This document shows positions 1-10,871 of a stretch of 64,000 nucleotides of DNA, in pieces. Every line of letters begins with the position of its first letter. Position 1 is the first letter of the stretch. Position numbers and translations under genes: made by a program. The stretch is from Octopus sinensis. Its lineage: Eukaryota. The notes beneath the pieces are model-generated. The model was not told the DNA's origin and ran no database searches. It was given only the letters and a program-made list of their open reading frames with translations. The DNA is taken from NCBI RefSeq assembly GCF_006345805.1, contig NC_043000.1:98642001-98706000 (forward strand), written 5' to 3'.

Positions 1-974
1 TTTCCTAGGTTCACCAGTTTCGGTGGACGAGAAAGCTGCTTTCGTCGAAGATCGAGGTTTGGTACATGTTTTACGAAGTGCCGTAAGGCCCTCCTACTGT
101 TCCGTCGCTCGGGTAATGCCAGCGGTTTTGGTACGACCGCATCTTTCTATAGCAGGTTGGTAGAGGTTGGAAACGATGGTGCCCTGGGGAAGACCCTGGG
201 TCTCGATGATAACCAGTTCGACAGTCTGTTCCAAAGGACACTCGGGCCGGGGACTTTGGATAACTTCCAAAATTCTCTGGCCTGGCAATGTTACCGAGGA
301 GCCTTACCCGTTCGGGATAAACTCACCAGATACGGCTAGCCTGGCCCATCGGCTTGTCCAAGAAGTGAGCAGGATAGGAAAACCGTCCCGCACGTTCAGT
401 ATTCGGATGTGTCAGAAGTGTGGACTTATACGGAACACCTGTTGTCGGATTTAAGAAGAGTACAGCTGTCGTCTGAGTCAATTTTAAGAATTGACCCGAG
501 GGATTTTCTCACGAAAGAAGGTAAGAATTACTTTCTCGCAGTAATAGCAATTGCGAAAGAGGCGATACGGAAGACGAGAATGAAAGGAATGACGACAGGC
601 AACTTCATCTCCGGTTGGTGAGATTCTTCACCTTTCACCTGAAAAGGAAAGAGAGGCTCGAGAGAAGATGCCTATCGGAGAGGATGTTAAAGACAGATGG
701 ATGCGTGTAGCGAGAATACTGGGTGTGAAAGACTCCTCGTGAACGTGCCATAAGGCTGAAGAAAAAGGTACCGGTAGCAGAACAGGCTCATGGAGTCGGA
801 GCTTAACCTGTTTTTACTACCTCATTGTGTGTTTGTAATTTTGTCTTTTATGTTGTATTTCATTCGATTTCATTATAACCACACTTGAATTTTTAATTAT
901 ACTCATCTATGTGTCTGACCCCGATCAGGCTGTGCTGTCCCCTCTATGTTAGCCCCTTGTGGGAAATAAAGAAA
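1..974 (+). mobile_element. 3' end of a Tx1/L1-clade LINE (decayed ORF2 C-terminus plus 3' UTR)
   Basis: Frameshifted peptides LAWQCYRGALPVRDKLTRYG ... SEVWTYTEHLL resemble the zf-RVT region of L1/Tx1 ORF2. The N-terminal part (CRKALLLFRRSGNASGFGTTASFYSRLVE) aligns by eye with the minus-strand LINE near 40740-40860. The 3' UTR ends ...agccccttgtgggaaataaagaaa at 974. Confidence 0.75.
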
Positions 975-1567
975 CACATTTCTTAGAACATGCATTTATA
1001 AAAATATTTCCAGACGGTCAACCCTTTAATAATTGCTTTCTTTTAGTACTTTTAGTAATCGTTACGTACCGAATTAATCAGCAGCTTTTTCCATTATAGT
1101 ATAGACATGTATATGTGATGTTTAGAGGTTCGCGCACTTGTATATTTGTGTCTATTAATGTAGCATGTGAAATATAGATATCTATGTCAGAGCAGGTACG
1201 AATACATTAGTAAGAAAAATTGTTTCGCTATCACGTGGTTCCGGTTTCAGTCACAAGAGTTTTCGTGGAACTGGGTAGATAGACACTACAAAGGCGTCTG
1301 ATGGATGGATTGTAGCTGATGAATCATAATTTCATGAACATTTAAATTCTACAAAGCTTACAAGCTCTTCCGTTCGTTTTCAGCTTGCATTATAAAGTAT
1401 AAATGAAGGAAAATGGTCTAGCAAAGTGGTGGTGTCAATCTGTGTAGTAAACGAAAATCTACCACGCAGGCATGGGCACAGTCCAACGGGTTTTTGCACT
1501 ATTAGTCTTTCTCAATTTTATTCTCAAGTGTAGGGACATTTGAGTTTACGTGAGAAGAAACACGGCC

Positions 1568-1803
1568 ATACCTATTTCTTTATTACCCACAAGGGGCTAA
1601 ACACAGAGGGGACAAACAAGGACAGACATAGGTATTAAGTCGATTACATCGACCCCAGTGCGTAACTGGTACTTAATTTATCGACTCCGAAAGGATGAAA
1701 GGCAAAGTCGACCTCGGCGGAATTCGAACTCACAACGTAACGCAGACGAAATACCGCTAAGCATTTCGCCCGACGTGCTAACGTTTCTGCCAGCTCGCCG
1801 CCT
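1568..1803 (-). mobile_element. Full-length tRNA-derived SINE (family A, tail type 1)
   Basis: Minus strand reads aggcggcgagctggcagaaacgttagc (A-box-like) ... gagttcgaattc (B-box-like), central gcctttcatcctttcggagtcgataaattaagtaccag, tail agccccttgtgggtaataaagaaata. Near-identical copies lie at 43417-43650 and 49071-49302. Confidence 0.9.
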
Positions 1804-3411
1804 TTAAATAGCTAAATACCTGCTATGTAGCTAGAACTACATGACTCAGAATGTTCTGAGGAGAGTTGGTTGTTATTTCTAGTGAATAAGATGACTAGAA
1901 ACTGGTACGTTAGCTCAAAATATTTTTTAAAAAGACAGAATATAAAATGAATAAATGAAGAAGTAAAATTGTTTATAAAGAGTGTATAAACGAACGGATT
2001 AAAATAGTTATTTGCCTGTAGCTATTTAGCATTAGGTCATAATACCTTATGCTTTTACTTGGTGAAGATTTATGTTCATTAGTAAATTCATTTGTATTTA
2101 ATTAAACCAAATCGATAAACGTTCACACATAATACGTAAAAGTATTAAATATATAATGAAGAAAATAAATTTTATAAACGTGAAAGCCGACAGTTGCAGC
2201 AGTGGAGACACTAAATCACTGGGATAAATATTTATGGTTTGTTCTTGATGGCTTTTGTGCGCATATTTAACGTGATATTGTCATTACGTTCCATGTGATT
2301 GTACCATTGCGTTTGTTTAGTCATATGATAGCTCTGATCGAAATGTATGGTCAAGCATAGACAACCATGGTTAACACATCGTTCTTTCATATCTAGGATT
2401 ATATTGTGCATGCTTTTTTAAAAATGAGATTCTATTAGGAAATTTGGTTGCTATTTCTAGCAGATTGTTGGCACGGTTGTCAAACTATGTAGTAACCTTT
2501 TTTCACGGTTCACTCACTTAAAGGCTATTACGACGGTATTTGTTTGCTGTTGTGATTATTCTTGTTTAACGCCAGAAGCAAACTTCAGGTTTTTTAAAAT
2601 ATTTTTAGCACAGCACATTTTGAAATATAAAATTCAGTGTGTTACCCAACTTTTTGAAGAGAAGATACAGAGTGATTTGAGATTTAATTTATTTTTCTCA
2701 CTAGCAGAGACTCATTTTTTGGCTCGCAAAGAAATTCATTTTGTTCTGCAATGATAAATATTAGTGAGAAAAATGGATGGAAAGAAGCAGGTAGAAAAGA
2801 TAGATGAGTGGACAGATATAAAGGGTGAGTGAGTGAGTGAGTGAATGAGAGAGAAAGATATATATGTATAGAGAGAGAGGGGGGAGAGGGAAAGAGAGGG
2901 GGAGATGTGAGTGGTGAAAGTGAGATGTAGCGGTAAACGAGAAGACAGACAAATAAACATAGACGGTGGCGTAGACAAACTGGGGAAAGAGAAAAAAAAA
3001 GAAATTGAGAGAGAATAGGATGCGCAACAAAAATGGCCGAGAGAAACGGAACACACACACACGCACACACACACGCACACACACACACACACACACATAT
3101 CTCACCAGCTGGAGTACTTTTTGTTTCTCTTTTTATCACGGAACAGTACGTTATGTGTATAAATATATATATATATATATACATATGTATGTGTGTGTTT
3201 GCGTGTTTGTGTGTGTGTGTGTGTATGTGCGCGCGCGCGCGTGTGTATACCACATATTTAGACAAAAAGAAATGAACTTAGATGGAGAACACTGAGACTG
3301 AAAAAAAGTACTAAGAAAAGTGTTCATGATTTATAGACCAAGTATCCCATTAAATTGTCCAAGTTAGACCATTTCGATTTTAAGTGCAAACATCGTAGGT
3401 TACATATAATT

Positions 3412-3440
3412 ACTAGCTGAATAGCTCGTCGTTGCCAGGA
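3412..3440 (-). mobile_element. Possible Helitron-type 3' end
   Basis: Minus strand cctggcaacgacgagctattcagctagt: degenerate GC hairpin followed by CTAGT, similar to the better example at 53035-53063. Confidence 0.3.
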
Positions 3441-4599
3441 AATTTTTACAATAGAAAGTCTTATATAAATTTTTATTTATTCAATGTGAGAACATGCCTT
3501 TCCGGATAGACAGACCTCTTGATCAGAACAGATTTGTGCAATTTTTCACCAAAAGATTTCGTTCAGGATTCTTTTTCCTTTTAAAATTATTTTCATGTCT
3601 GTTCTACCGACCGTTTCGTATGACATTATTCATTAAAGCTTCAGAAGTTCGTACAACTTTGGTCATCGTAATTACTTTGCTTTCGTTTGTTTTAATAAAA
3701 ATTCCTACTCTTAATGATTTTACTTTAATTTCGTGTTAGACAACTATCATGCAGAAAATGCCATCTATCATGCAATTGTCATGCAGAAAAAGCCAGCTTT
3801 CAAATCCTGATTAGGTAAAATTGATCAAGCTTTAAACCTCAACAACTATTTTCTGAAATTTTTCTGGAACAAATAAATAATATAATCGGATTTAACGTGG
3901 AAAATTATTAAAATATACAAAATTTGAAAATTTTGACGTAAATTTAAAATCTCACAATATGTGACAGGAACAGGGAAGAACCTACAAAAGTAGAGAGATA
4001 GAAGTTATAGGACGTGACACACACACATTTACAAACGTACACAACCACGAGTTTAAAATGGTGTATAGTAAGGATATGTATGTACGCATGTATGTATATA
4101 TGTATGTATGTGTTTGTGTGTGAGTGTTTCTTTGCGATAGGCAGCAGTAAAGCCACCTACCCTTTCTCTCTTTAAAGCTACGTATTCCTAATACCCGTTT
4201 TCTGTGTGTGTTTGTGTGTAAGTGTGTTGTATCTATGTATTTATGAAAATATTTATGCAGCGTCACGTGTATATGACAGCTATATTAACGTTAACGTCCC
4301 ATTTACACTGCTGTTCTCGCCTTCACTGATATAAGCAACCCTCTCACTGCTACTATCTTTCCCTCAGATTTATACTTCTTGCAACCTTCGCATTTTATCA
4401 TATAATTCGCCCAACCCCTCTGGAGGGCACATTATAGATTTTTATTGAAATCCAATTAGCCTATTATTGAACTGGATGTTAGTGTAACATGTATGTAAAG
4501 TTTCATGAATATTGGTTCAGTATTTTAGGCACTAAGATGGTAGCAGACAGACAGAAATTGCCATTTATTTGTTACATCCAACGTTAGAGGATAAAAGAA

Positions 4600-5226
4600 A
4601 AGAATATTTTCATAAATTAAAACAAAGCATACAGAAATATTCGATGGTGACGTTTGAAATGTATCTGATAATAAAACTACGATCAAGGCTGATATGGGGC
4701 TACACTGTAGCAACAAGGATACCATAGGCTGACACAGTGTCTCTGAAACGGGAAGGTCACATTTGGTGTATATTTGATTACTGAAGCAAAAAAGAAAAAA
4801 ATGATCAAAAGAAATAGTGATATAGAGAGGGTACATACTGGATATGTGAAAAGTGGGCGTACACACCTTTCAAAGGCTGGGTAATGTCAATCATTTGAAG
4901 TCTCATGAAAGATCAACCGTACGCAGCATCCTTCCTCTTAGATGTCTTCCCTCTCCGACGTGTACTGGTATAGTGTACGGAAAGGCTTGCAAGTCAATTT
5001 TCGGGTCTGAAAAGACATATGGCAATTCAGAGAAATCATATCTCACAAAGTGACTCGATCAATTCACAGGAAATAACAACTTTCCTCTGTCATCTGTGCT
5101 TCAAACCATGCAGATCTGCAGCAGGAATGAATAGTCATCTGAGAAGTCATAGACAAAAAGCCAGAAACGCCATAGAGAAAGGAACCTCAGAGAGACGATG
5201 ATCATCTGTGAAGATGGAGTAATCAT

Positions 5227-5227
<1 letters not shown>
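4600..5227 (+). mobile_element. 3' end of an RTE-like LINE with three C2H2 zinc-finger motifs, ending in (CA)n
   Basis: Frameshifted fingers ICEK..RTHLSKAG.VNHLKSH (~4840-4908) and ..GKACKS.SGLKRHM (~4960-5040), and an intact CHLCFKPCRSAAGMNSHLRSH (C-x2-C-x12-H-x3-H, in ORF 5019-5201). A short 3' UTR follows, then the repeat tail. Confidence 0.55.
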
Positions 5228-5585
<358 letters not shown>

Positions 5586-5656
5586 ACCAGAGCAATCACA
5601 TAAATGCGAAACAAGGTGGAAAAATAGTACTCGAATACCAAAGATAGAGTAACAGG

Positions 5657-5735
5657 CTTTATTAAAAAGCAGTAAAAATATCACAAAAACTCTGAGTAAG
5701 AGTTTTTGTGATATTTGTACTGCTTTTTAATAAAG
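5657..5735. repeat. 37-bp-arm hairpin with 5-nt loop (gagta)
   Basis: 5657-5693 is the reverse complement of 5699-5735 with one mismatch. Confidence 0.9.
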
Positions 5736-5790
5736 TATATGTATATGTATATAATATGTATTTATATATTTATGTATACATACATGTATG

Positions 5791-5856
<66 letters not shown>

Positions 5857-6524
5857 ATACATACATATATATATAAATATTAAAAGAAGGGGAACTAAAA
5901 CATTATGTGCTCTTTCGCGTGCTAAAAAGTGATACTCTCGTGATTACGAAACCAAAGTTTGACCTTGATCCCCGTTTTCTTTGTTGTGTTACAGTGTAAA
6001 CACGGCCACTTCGCTAGCAATATGAACCAAGGAAGAACTAAGATCAAAGATCCAGTTTCTCTAGCTTGAAGGTGTGTCAGGGGCTGAAAATCACAATAGG
6101 CGTATAAATTTTGACTTACCCGCATCCACACGCAAATTTATATTTATAAACGGATTTATATTTAGAAATATTATTCAAAACACGCATAACTGCGGCTTCT
6201 TTTTGCTGTTGGACTGAGTATTGCAGTTCTGGTTTCCATCATGTCTTCAATTCAAGTTTGGATATTATAAGGCCTCTTGAGAATGGACCAAAGAATATAC
6301 AACTAAGGCATACCAAAGGAATCAATTTACGTTTTCACATCATTTCTATACAAAACCAATACATCTGTGAAATATCAAAAGAAACGAATGCTAAACTTGG
6401 TGACAATACCTGATGAATATCGATTCAAGGACTGAAATCAGTTGAAACTCTGTCACATAAATTCATTTGTGGATTTCTAACCACGCTATACGCATGTATC
6501 AATTCTTTGGCTATCACCACCACC

Positions 6525-6560
<36 letters not shown>

Positions 6561-6592
6561 GCTTTCAATTGTAGTACTAGTAGTTGTTGTTT

Positions 6593-6770
6593 GTGACGTC
6601 ACTGGAACCAAGCTGTATCGCCTTTTGCCTTATCCCTTCGATAACATCGCTGATGTGGAGAGGAGAGACTGTTATACATGGGCAACTACTGGACTTCCAT
6701 TAGCAATCATGTAACGGGGACTTTCTATGTGAAAACTAATGGGCATTCACGACCGAAGGCGATTCCTATG
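6593..6770 (+). mobile_element. 3' fragment of SINE-like repeat (family C)
   Basis: gacgtcactggaaccaagctgtatcg...catgggcaactactgg...gaccgaagg matches 47370-47550. Confidence 0.6.
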
Positions 6771-6958
6771 TATGAAAATAGGAGAAGTCTTCGTCACGGG
6801 GACTCAAACTAAGAGGTATGCGCTCTGAGTGCTCAACTAAGCATGCCACTAAAAGTTGGTTGAACTGCAATTGAAGTAATGATTTTATGACTGCCTTATT
6901 CAAAGAGGCTAGAAGTGGCTCCTCTTGAGTTGGTAGGTATAGGTTTACCTATATATAT

Positions 6959-7020
<62 letters not shown>

Positions 7021-7023
<3 letters not shown>

Positions 7024-7564
7024 CATATCAAAGGGAAATGGAATTTAATTAAAACTAAAATATTCAATCAAAATTTACATTTCCAGTGGTCTAACGTGCA
7101 AAAAAAATTAGTCAAGAAGACTATATATTAGTCATACGATATAGTGCATATTTATACACATAAGGAATCCACTTAACGTGAATTCAACACATTAGAAAGA
7201 ACAGCTAGATTCTGTAAACCACAAAAATAACGGATAAAATTCGACAGGAATAAATTTGGAAATGAAAAACATTTACCATCTAGTACCCTGGACCAATTGG
7301 TTTCTGATCTTCTTTTAGCGAGTCAGGGGAAACTCACAAGGTCTGATCTTCTTCAGTAAGGTCCAACCTAGGGTTAAACATATTCAACAGGAGACAAACA
7401 AGGCTACTTGTCTCGTGTTCATACGAACTAACTTTTCAAATTTTACTGCGCAGACGCAGTCCATTCGCTGGCTACAATAAAAACCGCCAACTTTTAACCG
7501 AAAATTATCCCAAAGACTTACAATATTTAATCATATCAAAGGAAATGCACTATATCGTATGACT

Positions 7565-7570
<6 letters not shown>
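7021..7570 (-). mobile_element. ~550-bp hammerhead-containing unit between two (TA)n tracts (probable solo PLE terminal repeat)
   Basis: Bounded by (TA)n at ~6950-7020 and ~7565-7616. Terminal direct repeat aatcatatcaaagg(g)aaatg at 7021-7040 and 7529-7547. ~26-bp inverted repeat at 7123-7149 and 7545-7570. Internal hammerhead motif. Confidence 0.5.
7285..7362 (-). ncRNA. Type I hammerhead ribozyme, slightly degenerate
   Basis: Minus strand: acctta CTGAAGA a-gatc..loop..gatc-a GAAA C caattg GT C cagggt. Core intact, palindromic stem III accaattggt, GUC triplet. Mismatches at the first pair of stems I and II. Confidence 0.65.
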
Positions 7571-7620
<50 letters not shown>

Positions 7621-7676
7621 ATTATTGGTGAATTGAAGAAATGGAGCTGAACGCAGATTGAACAGAAATCGTTTTA

Positions 7677-7766
7677 TTTCATTCTACACGTGTTTCGAAA
7701 GGCACAAATTACCAAAATCCGATTGAATAATGGGACCATATTGTGTCTTTCTCTTCAGGAAGAAAA
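7677..7766 (-). ncRNA. Type I hammerhead ribozyme (left-arm copy)
   Basis: Exact reverse complement of 12582-12671; core at 7752-7758; predicted cleavage between 7685 and 7684. Confidence 0.8.
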
Positions 7767-8346
7767 TAGGAAATCCGTTGGAAAACAAAAACAGAACAGA
7801 GGCGGAGCAAAAACAAATCGAACTATGCTCCTAAGAGCCCATGGCGAAACTTTATCAGTGTATGTTGAGAACCGGTGGCTGAAGAATTTAACGGGTCAGG
7901 CATCGGTCAATCATGTGGGTGAGGGGTGTGGGTGTTCTTTGTGACCGAGAATAAAGTTCTGACTTTTAAGGAATATTGGATGTTTTATAAGGGGCGAGAA
8001 AAAATCTACTTAGAGACGTGTGTGTGTGTATACTGTTCTATATATGGTGTGTTGGCGTAGGGGTAGAAAACATTTTTTGTGTACGTGTGTGCGTTTGATC
8101 GTTCGGCTGTCAGTGGCTACTGCCGCGAGAACCGTTGGGTGGCAGAAAAAAAAATATATATATTATGTTTTATGTGTGTGTGTGTTCATCTAAGCCTGCC
8201 TTGTCAAGGAAACCCCCCGCTGTGAAAAAACCAGCCCCGTTTGTCTTACAGGGTAATTCCCCTTGCAGTGGTTAATCGTAGATATCTTAAAGGCTATTTC
8301 AGAATTTGTTACCAAGGGCTATGGGTGCCGGTATTATTTATAAACG

Positions 8347-8697
8347 CTATTTAAAAGCCAGATAAGTGTAACGCCGCCAATGGGGGCATCGAAAAGCCGA
8401 CTGTAAAAGCCCGTTTACCATCCGGCCTCTGGCAAACAAAATATGGAAGAGTTCGGAGACACAAAGGTTGCACTGCCTTCTGCCCCTATCAAATGGGAGG
8501 GCCACCGACAAAATTGACCATTCCAGCCTGTAGCTTAAGTTCGTATCCTTCAGTCGCCATATTAGCTTACTGAGTCCCGTGGTCTGGCGCTTGTTCATGT
8601 CCCGAAAAGTTGCGTAATGGTTGGAGACACGCAAAGACAATCTTGAGGATGAGGCCCCTACATAAGTGAAGACATCTGAGTCCGTGTAACCTTGCAT
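8347..8697 (-). CDS. GIY-YIG endonuclease domain of the Penelope-like element (partial, frameshift at its 5' side)
   Basis: (NAVYQCKV)YTDSDVFTYVGASSSRLSLRVSNHYATF...TGLSKLIWRLKD...WSIL...CNLCVSELFHIL...VN...CPH fits the PLE GIY-YIG pattern (VY..YVG, conserved R, E, N). Confidence 0.85.
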   Translation of the reverse strand: MQGYTDSDVFTYVGASSSRLSLRVSNHYATFRDMNKRQTTGLSKLIWRLKDTNLSYRLEWSILSVALPFDRGRRQCNLCVSELFHILFARGRMVNGLLQSAFRCPHWRRYTYLAFK

Positions 8698-10232
8698 TGG
8701 TAGACGGCGTTTTTGATCTTGGAGTTCGCCGACGTGAATCTTATTCTGCTAGGATTAGTTTCTGAAATTAGAACTGCGTTCCTGTCACTATATTCGTTCC
8801 GAGACCTGCAGCCGCTTACTACTCTATTTTCCACTACGTCACTATTAACTATAGAATAACCCCTGATTCTCCACTATCTATCAGAGTGCTGTCATTGCTA
8901 CTGCCCGTGGTGCTGCTATTGCGGGAAATGATGCTGGGGATGCTATTGGGGCTCTCTACCCTACTCCCATTGTTGCCGTCAACCACAACACCCCTATTTA
9001 TAACTATACCCCTAGTGGGTACTCCCTGGCTGGAGCTGAGATTATGTGTCACTGTACTGGCTCTCATATCATTATTACTACTATAATTATTCCTACTGAG
9101 CATTAAACCGGGAGCGGAAGAGGCTGTGCCTCCGGAAAAATGTGATAGGGTCTTAGTAAGTAGCCTATTATTATGGGAGGCGATTATCTGGGCGAGGTTT
9201 TTAGTGTTGGAGAAAGCTATCCTAACTTTATGCGAGTTAACCGTGGAGTAATATTTGGAATTTCTGGGGAAGTTATTGGCGATGGCTTGTCTAAACATGA
9301 GGGGGAGGTTAGTTCTAATCTGCTTACCAAGGGGATTACAAACCATATATGCTTATTCCTATCAGTGTGATGGGTCGGGACGCCAGCTCTCGCGTTCGGG
9401 TGGGTGATTCTCGATGAATAACGGGTCTTGGGTTAGTGTAAGACCTCCCGGACCGATAATATCCTTGTTCGCTAAATTAAATGCGGGAGCGACTACCCCG
9501 GCATCCGCCGCGCTCCCGTCCTTACTTAAAATGTTAATGTTATTATATACGGCCCTATCCTGATGACCGAATGATGGCATCGGAAGGGCCGGATCAATAT
9601 AAATTACCTTCTGCCTATAACGGCCTTGGATAGTGCGGCGTTATAAAATTCCGCTTTCTGCATAAAATATCAGCACTGGCGGACAGCCAGACAATCTTAG
9701 AGAGATGTTTTTAACCAAATTGTCTGTTACGGTTTTGGCATGATTTGAGAAGACACTGACATACTTCAAAATAGTGGAAGGCTTATGGTAAGGGCAGTAT
9801 GAGTCGCTTAAGGTTAAGTGTAACGTCTAGGAAATTAGCCTTGGTGAGTTCATTATCAAAAACTATACTCATGCCCATTCTATAAAAAACTTAGCTAACC
9901 TGCTCTTAGTTTTCTGCACTATTCTGTTCGTGGTGTTTTGCAGGTAAAACAGACAATCGTCACGATACAGGCCGCCCGCGATCTCCGGGAATTGGTCGGA
10001 CAATTCGTAGAGAATATATTCCGACCAAATCGGCTATCTGCGCACTATCCGAACTACCCATAGGCACATCAAATTCATTGGGAGTATCTTTACGGATCCA
10101 CAACTTATTATCAAACTTAATAAAACGATTTCCTGGCAACTAAAATGATATCTATCTCTTCTCTGGTGAGGCCAGAGAAGAGATAGATATCATTTTAGTT
10201 GCCAGGAAATCGTTATTAAGTTTGATAATAAG

Positions 10233-10871
10233 TTGTGGATCCGTAAAGATACTCCCAATGAATTTGATGTGCCTATGGGTAGTTCGGATAGTGCGCAGAT
10301 AGCCGATTTGGTCGGAATATATATTCTCTACGAATTGTCCGACCAATTCCCGGAGATCGCGGGCGGCCTGTATCGTGACGATTGTCTGTTTTACCTGCAA
10401 AACACCACGAACAGAATAGTGCAGAAAACTAAGAGCAGGTTAGCTAAGTTTTTTAATAGAATGGGCATGAGTATAGTTTTTGATAATGAACTCACCAAGG
10501 CTAATTTCCTAGACGTTACACTTAACCTTAATAGCGACTCATACTGCCCTTACCATAAGCCTTCCACTATTTTGAAGTATGTCAGTGTCTTCTCAAATCA
10601 TGCCAAAACCGTAACAGACAATTTGGTTAAAAACATCTCTCTAAGATTGTCTGGCTTGTCCGCCAGTGCTGATATTTTTATGCAGAAAGCGGAATTTTAT
10701 AACGCCGCACTATCCAAGGCCGGTTATAGGCAGAAGGTAATTTATATTGATCCGGCCCTTCCGATGCCATCATTCGGTCATCAGGATAGGGCCGTATATA
10801 ATAACATTAACATTTTAAGTAAGGACGGGAGCGCGGCGGATGCCGGGGTAGTCGCTCCGCATTTAATTTAG
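10233..10871 (+). CDS. Penelope-like reverse transcriptase, C-terminal half
   Basis: FDVPMGSSDSAQIADLVG, GLYRDDCL (catalytic YRDD), NFLDVTL, YCPYHKP, SNH motifs typical of C-terminal-endonuclease PLEs (Neptune/Nematis-type; subclade uncertain). Confidence 0.9.
   Translation: MWIRKDTPNEFDVPMGSSDSAQIADLVGIYILYELSDQFPEIAGGLYRDDCLFYLQNTTNRIVQKTKSRLAKFFNRMGMSIVFDNELTKANFLDVTLNLNSDSYCPYHKPSTILKYVSVFSNHAKTVTDNLVKNISLRLSGLSASADIFMQKAEFYNAALSKAGYRQKVIYIDPALPMPSFGHQDRAVYNNINILSKDGSAADAGVVAPHLI

Larger units (their letters stand above)
7617..10166 (-). mobile_element. Penelope-like element, 5'-truncated, left arm of giant palindrome
   Basis: Reverse complement of 10172-12730. Encodes RT C-half, linker (ORF 8849-9346 ...NFPRNSKYYSTVNSHKVRIAFSNTKNLAQIIASHNNRLL) and GIY-YIG endonuclease (ORF 8347-8697). 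Confidence 0.9.

Noticed and set aside
3598-3652. Hammerhead-like motif on the minus strand (ctgaagc...cgaaacggtcggta)
   Set aside because: A9 is missing, stem I is weak and stem III is not palindromic.
5915-5965. Hammerhead-like layout (ctaaaaa, gtgat/attac stem, gaaac...gt)
   Set aside because: Two core positions are changed and stems I and III do not pair well; at most a very old remnant.
6405-6470. ctgatga followed by gaaactctgtc
   Set aside because: No stem I or coherent stem II.
8886-9370. Plus-strand hydrophobic ORFs (signal-peptide-like MLSLLLPVVLLL...) and their mirrors at 10868-11173 and 11413-11646
   Set aside because: They are antisense read-outs of the PLE low-complexity linker.
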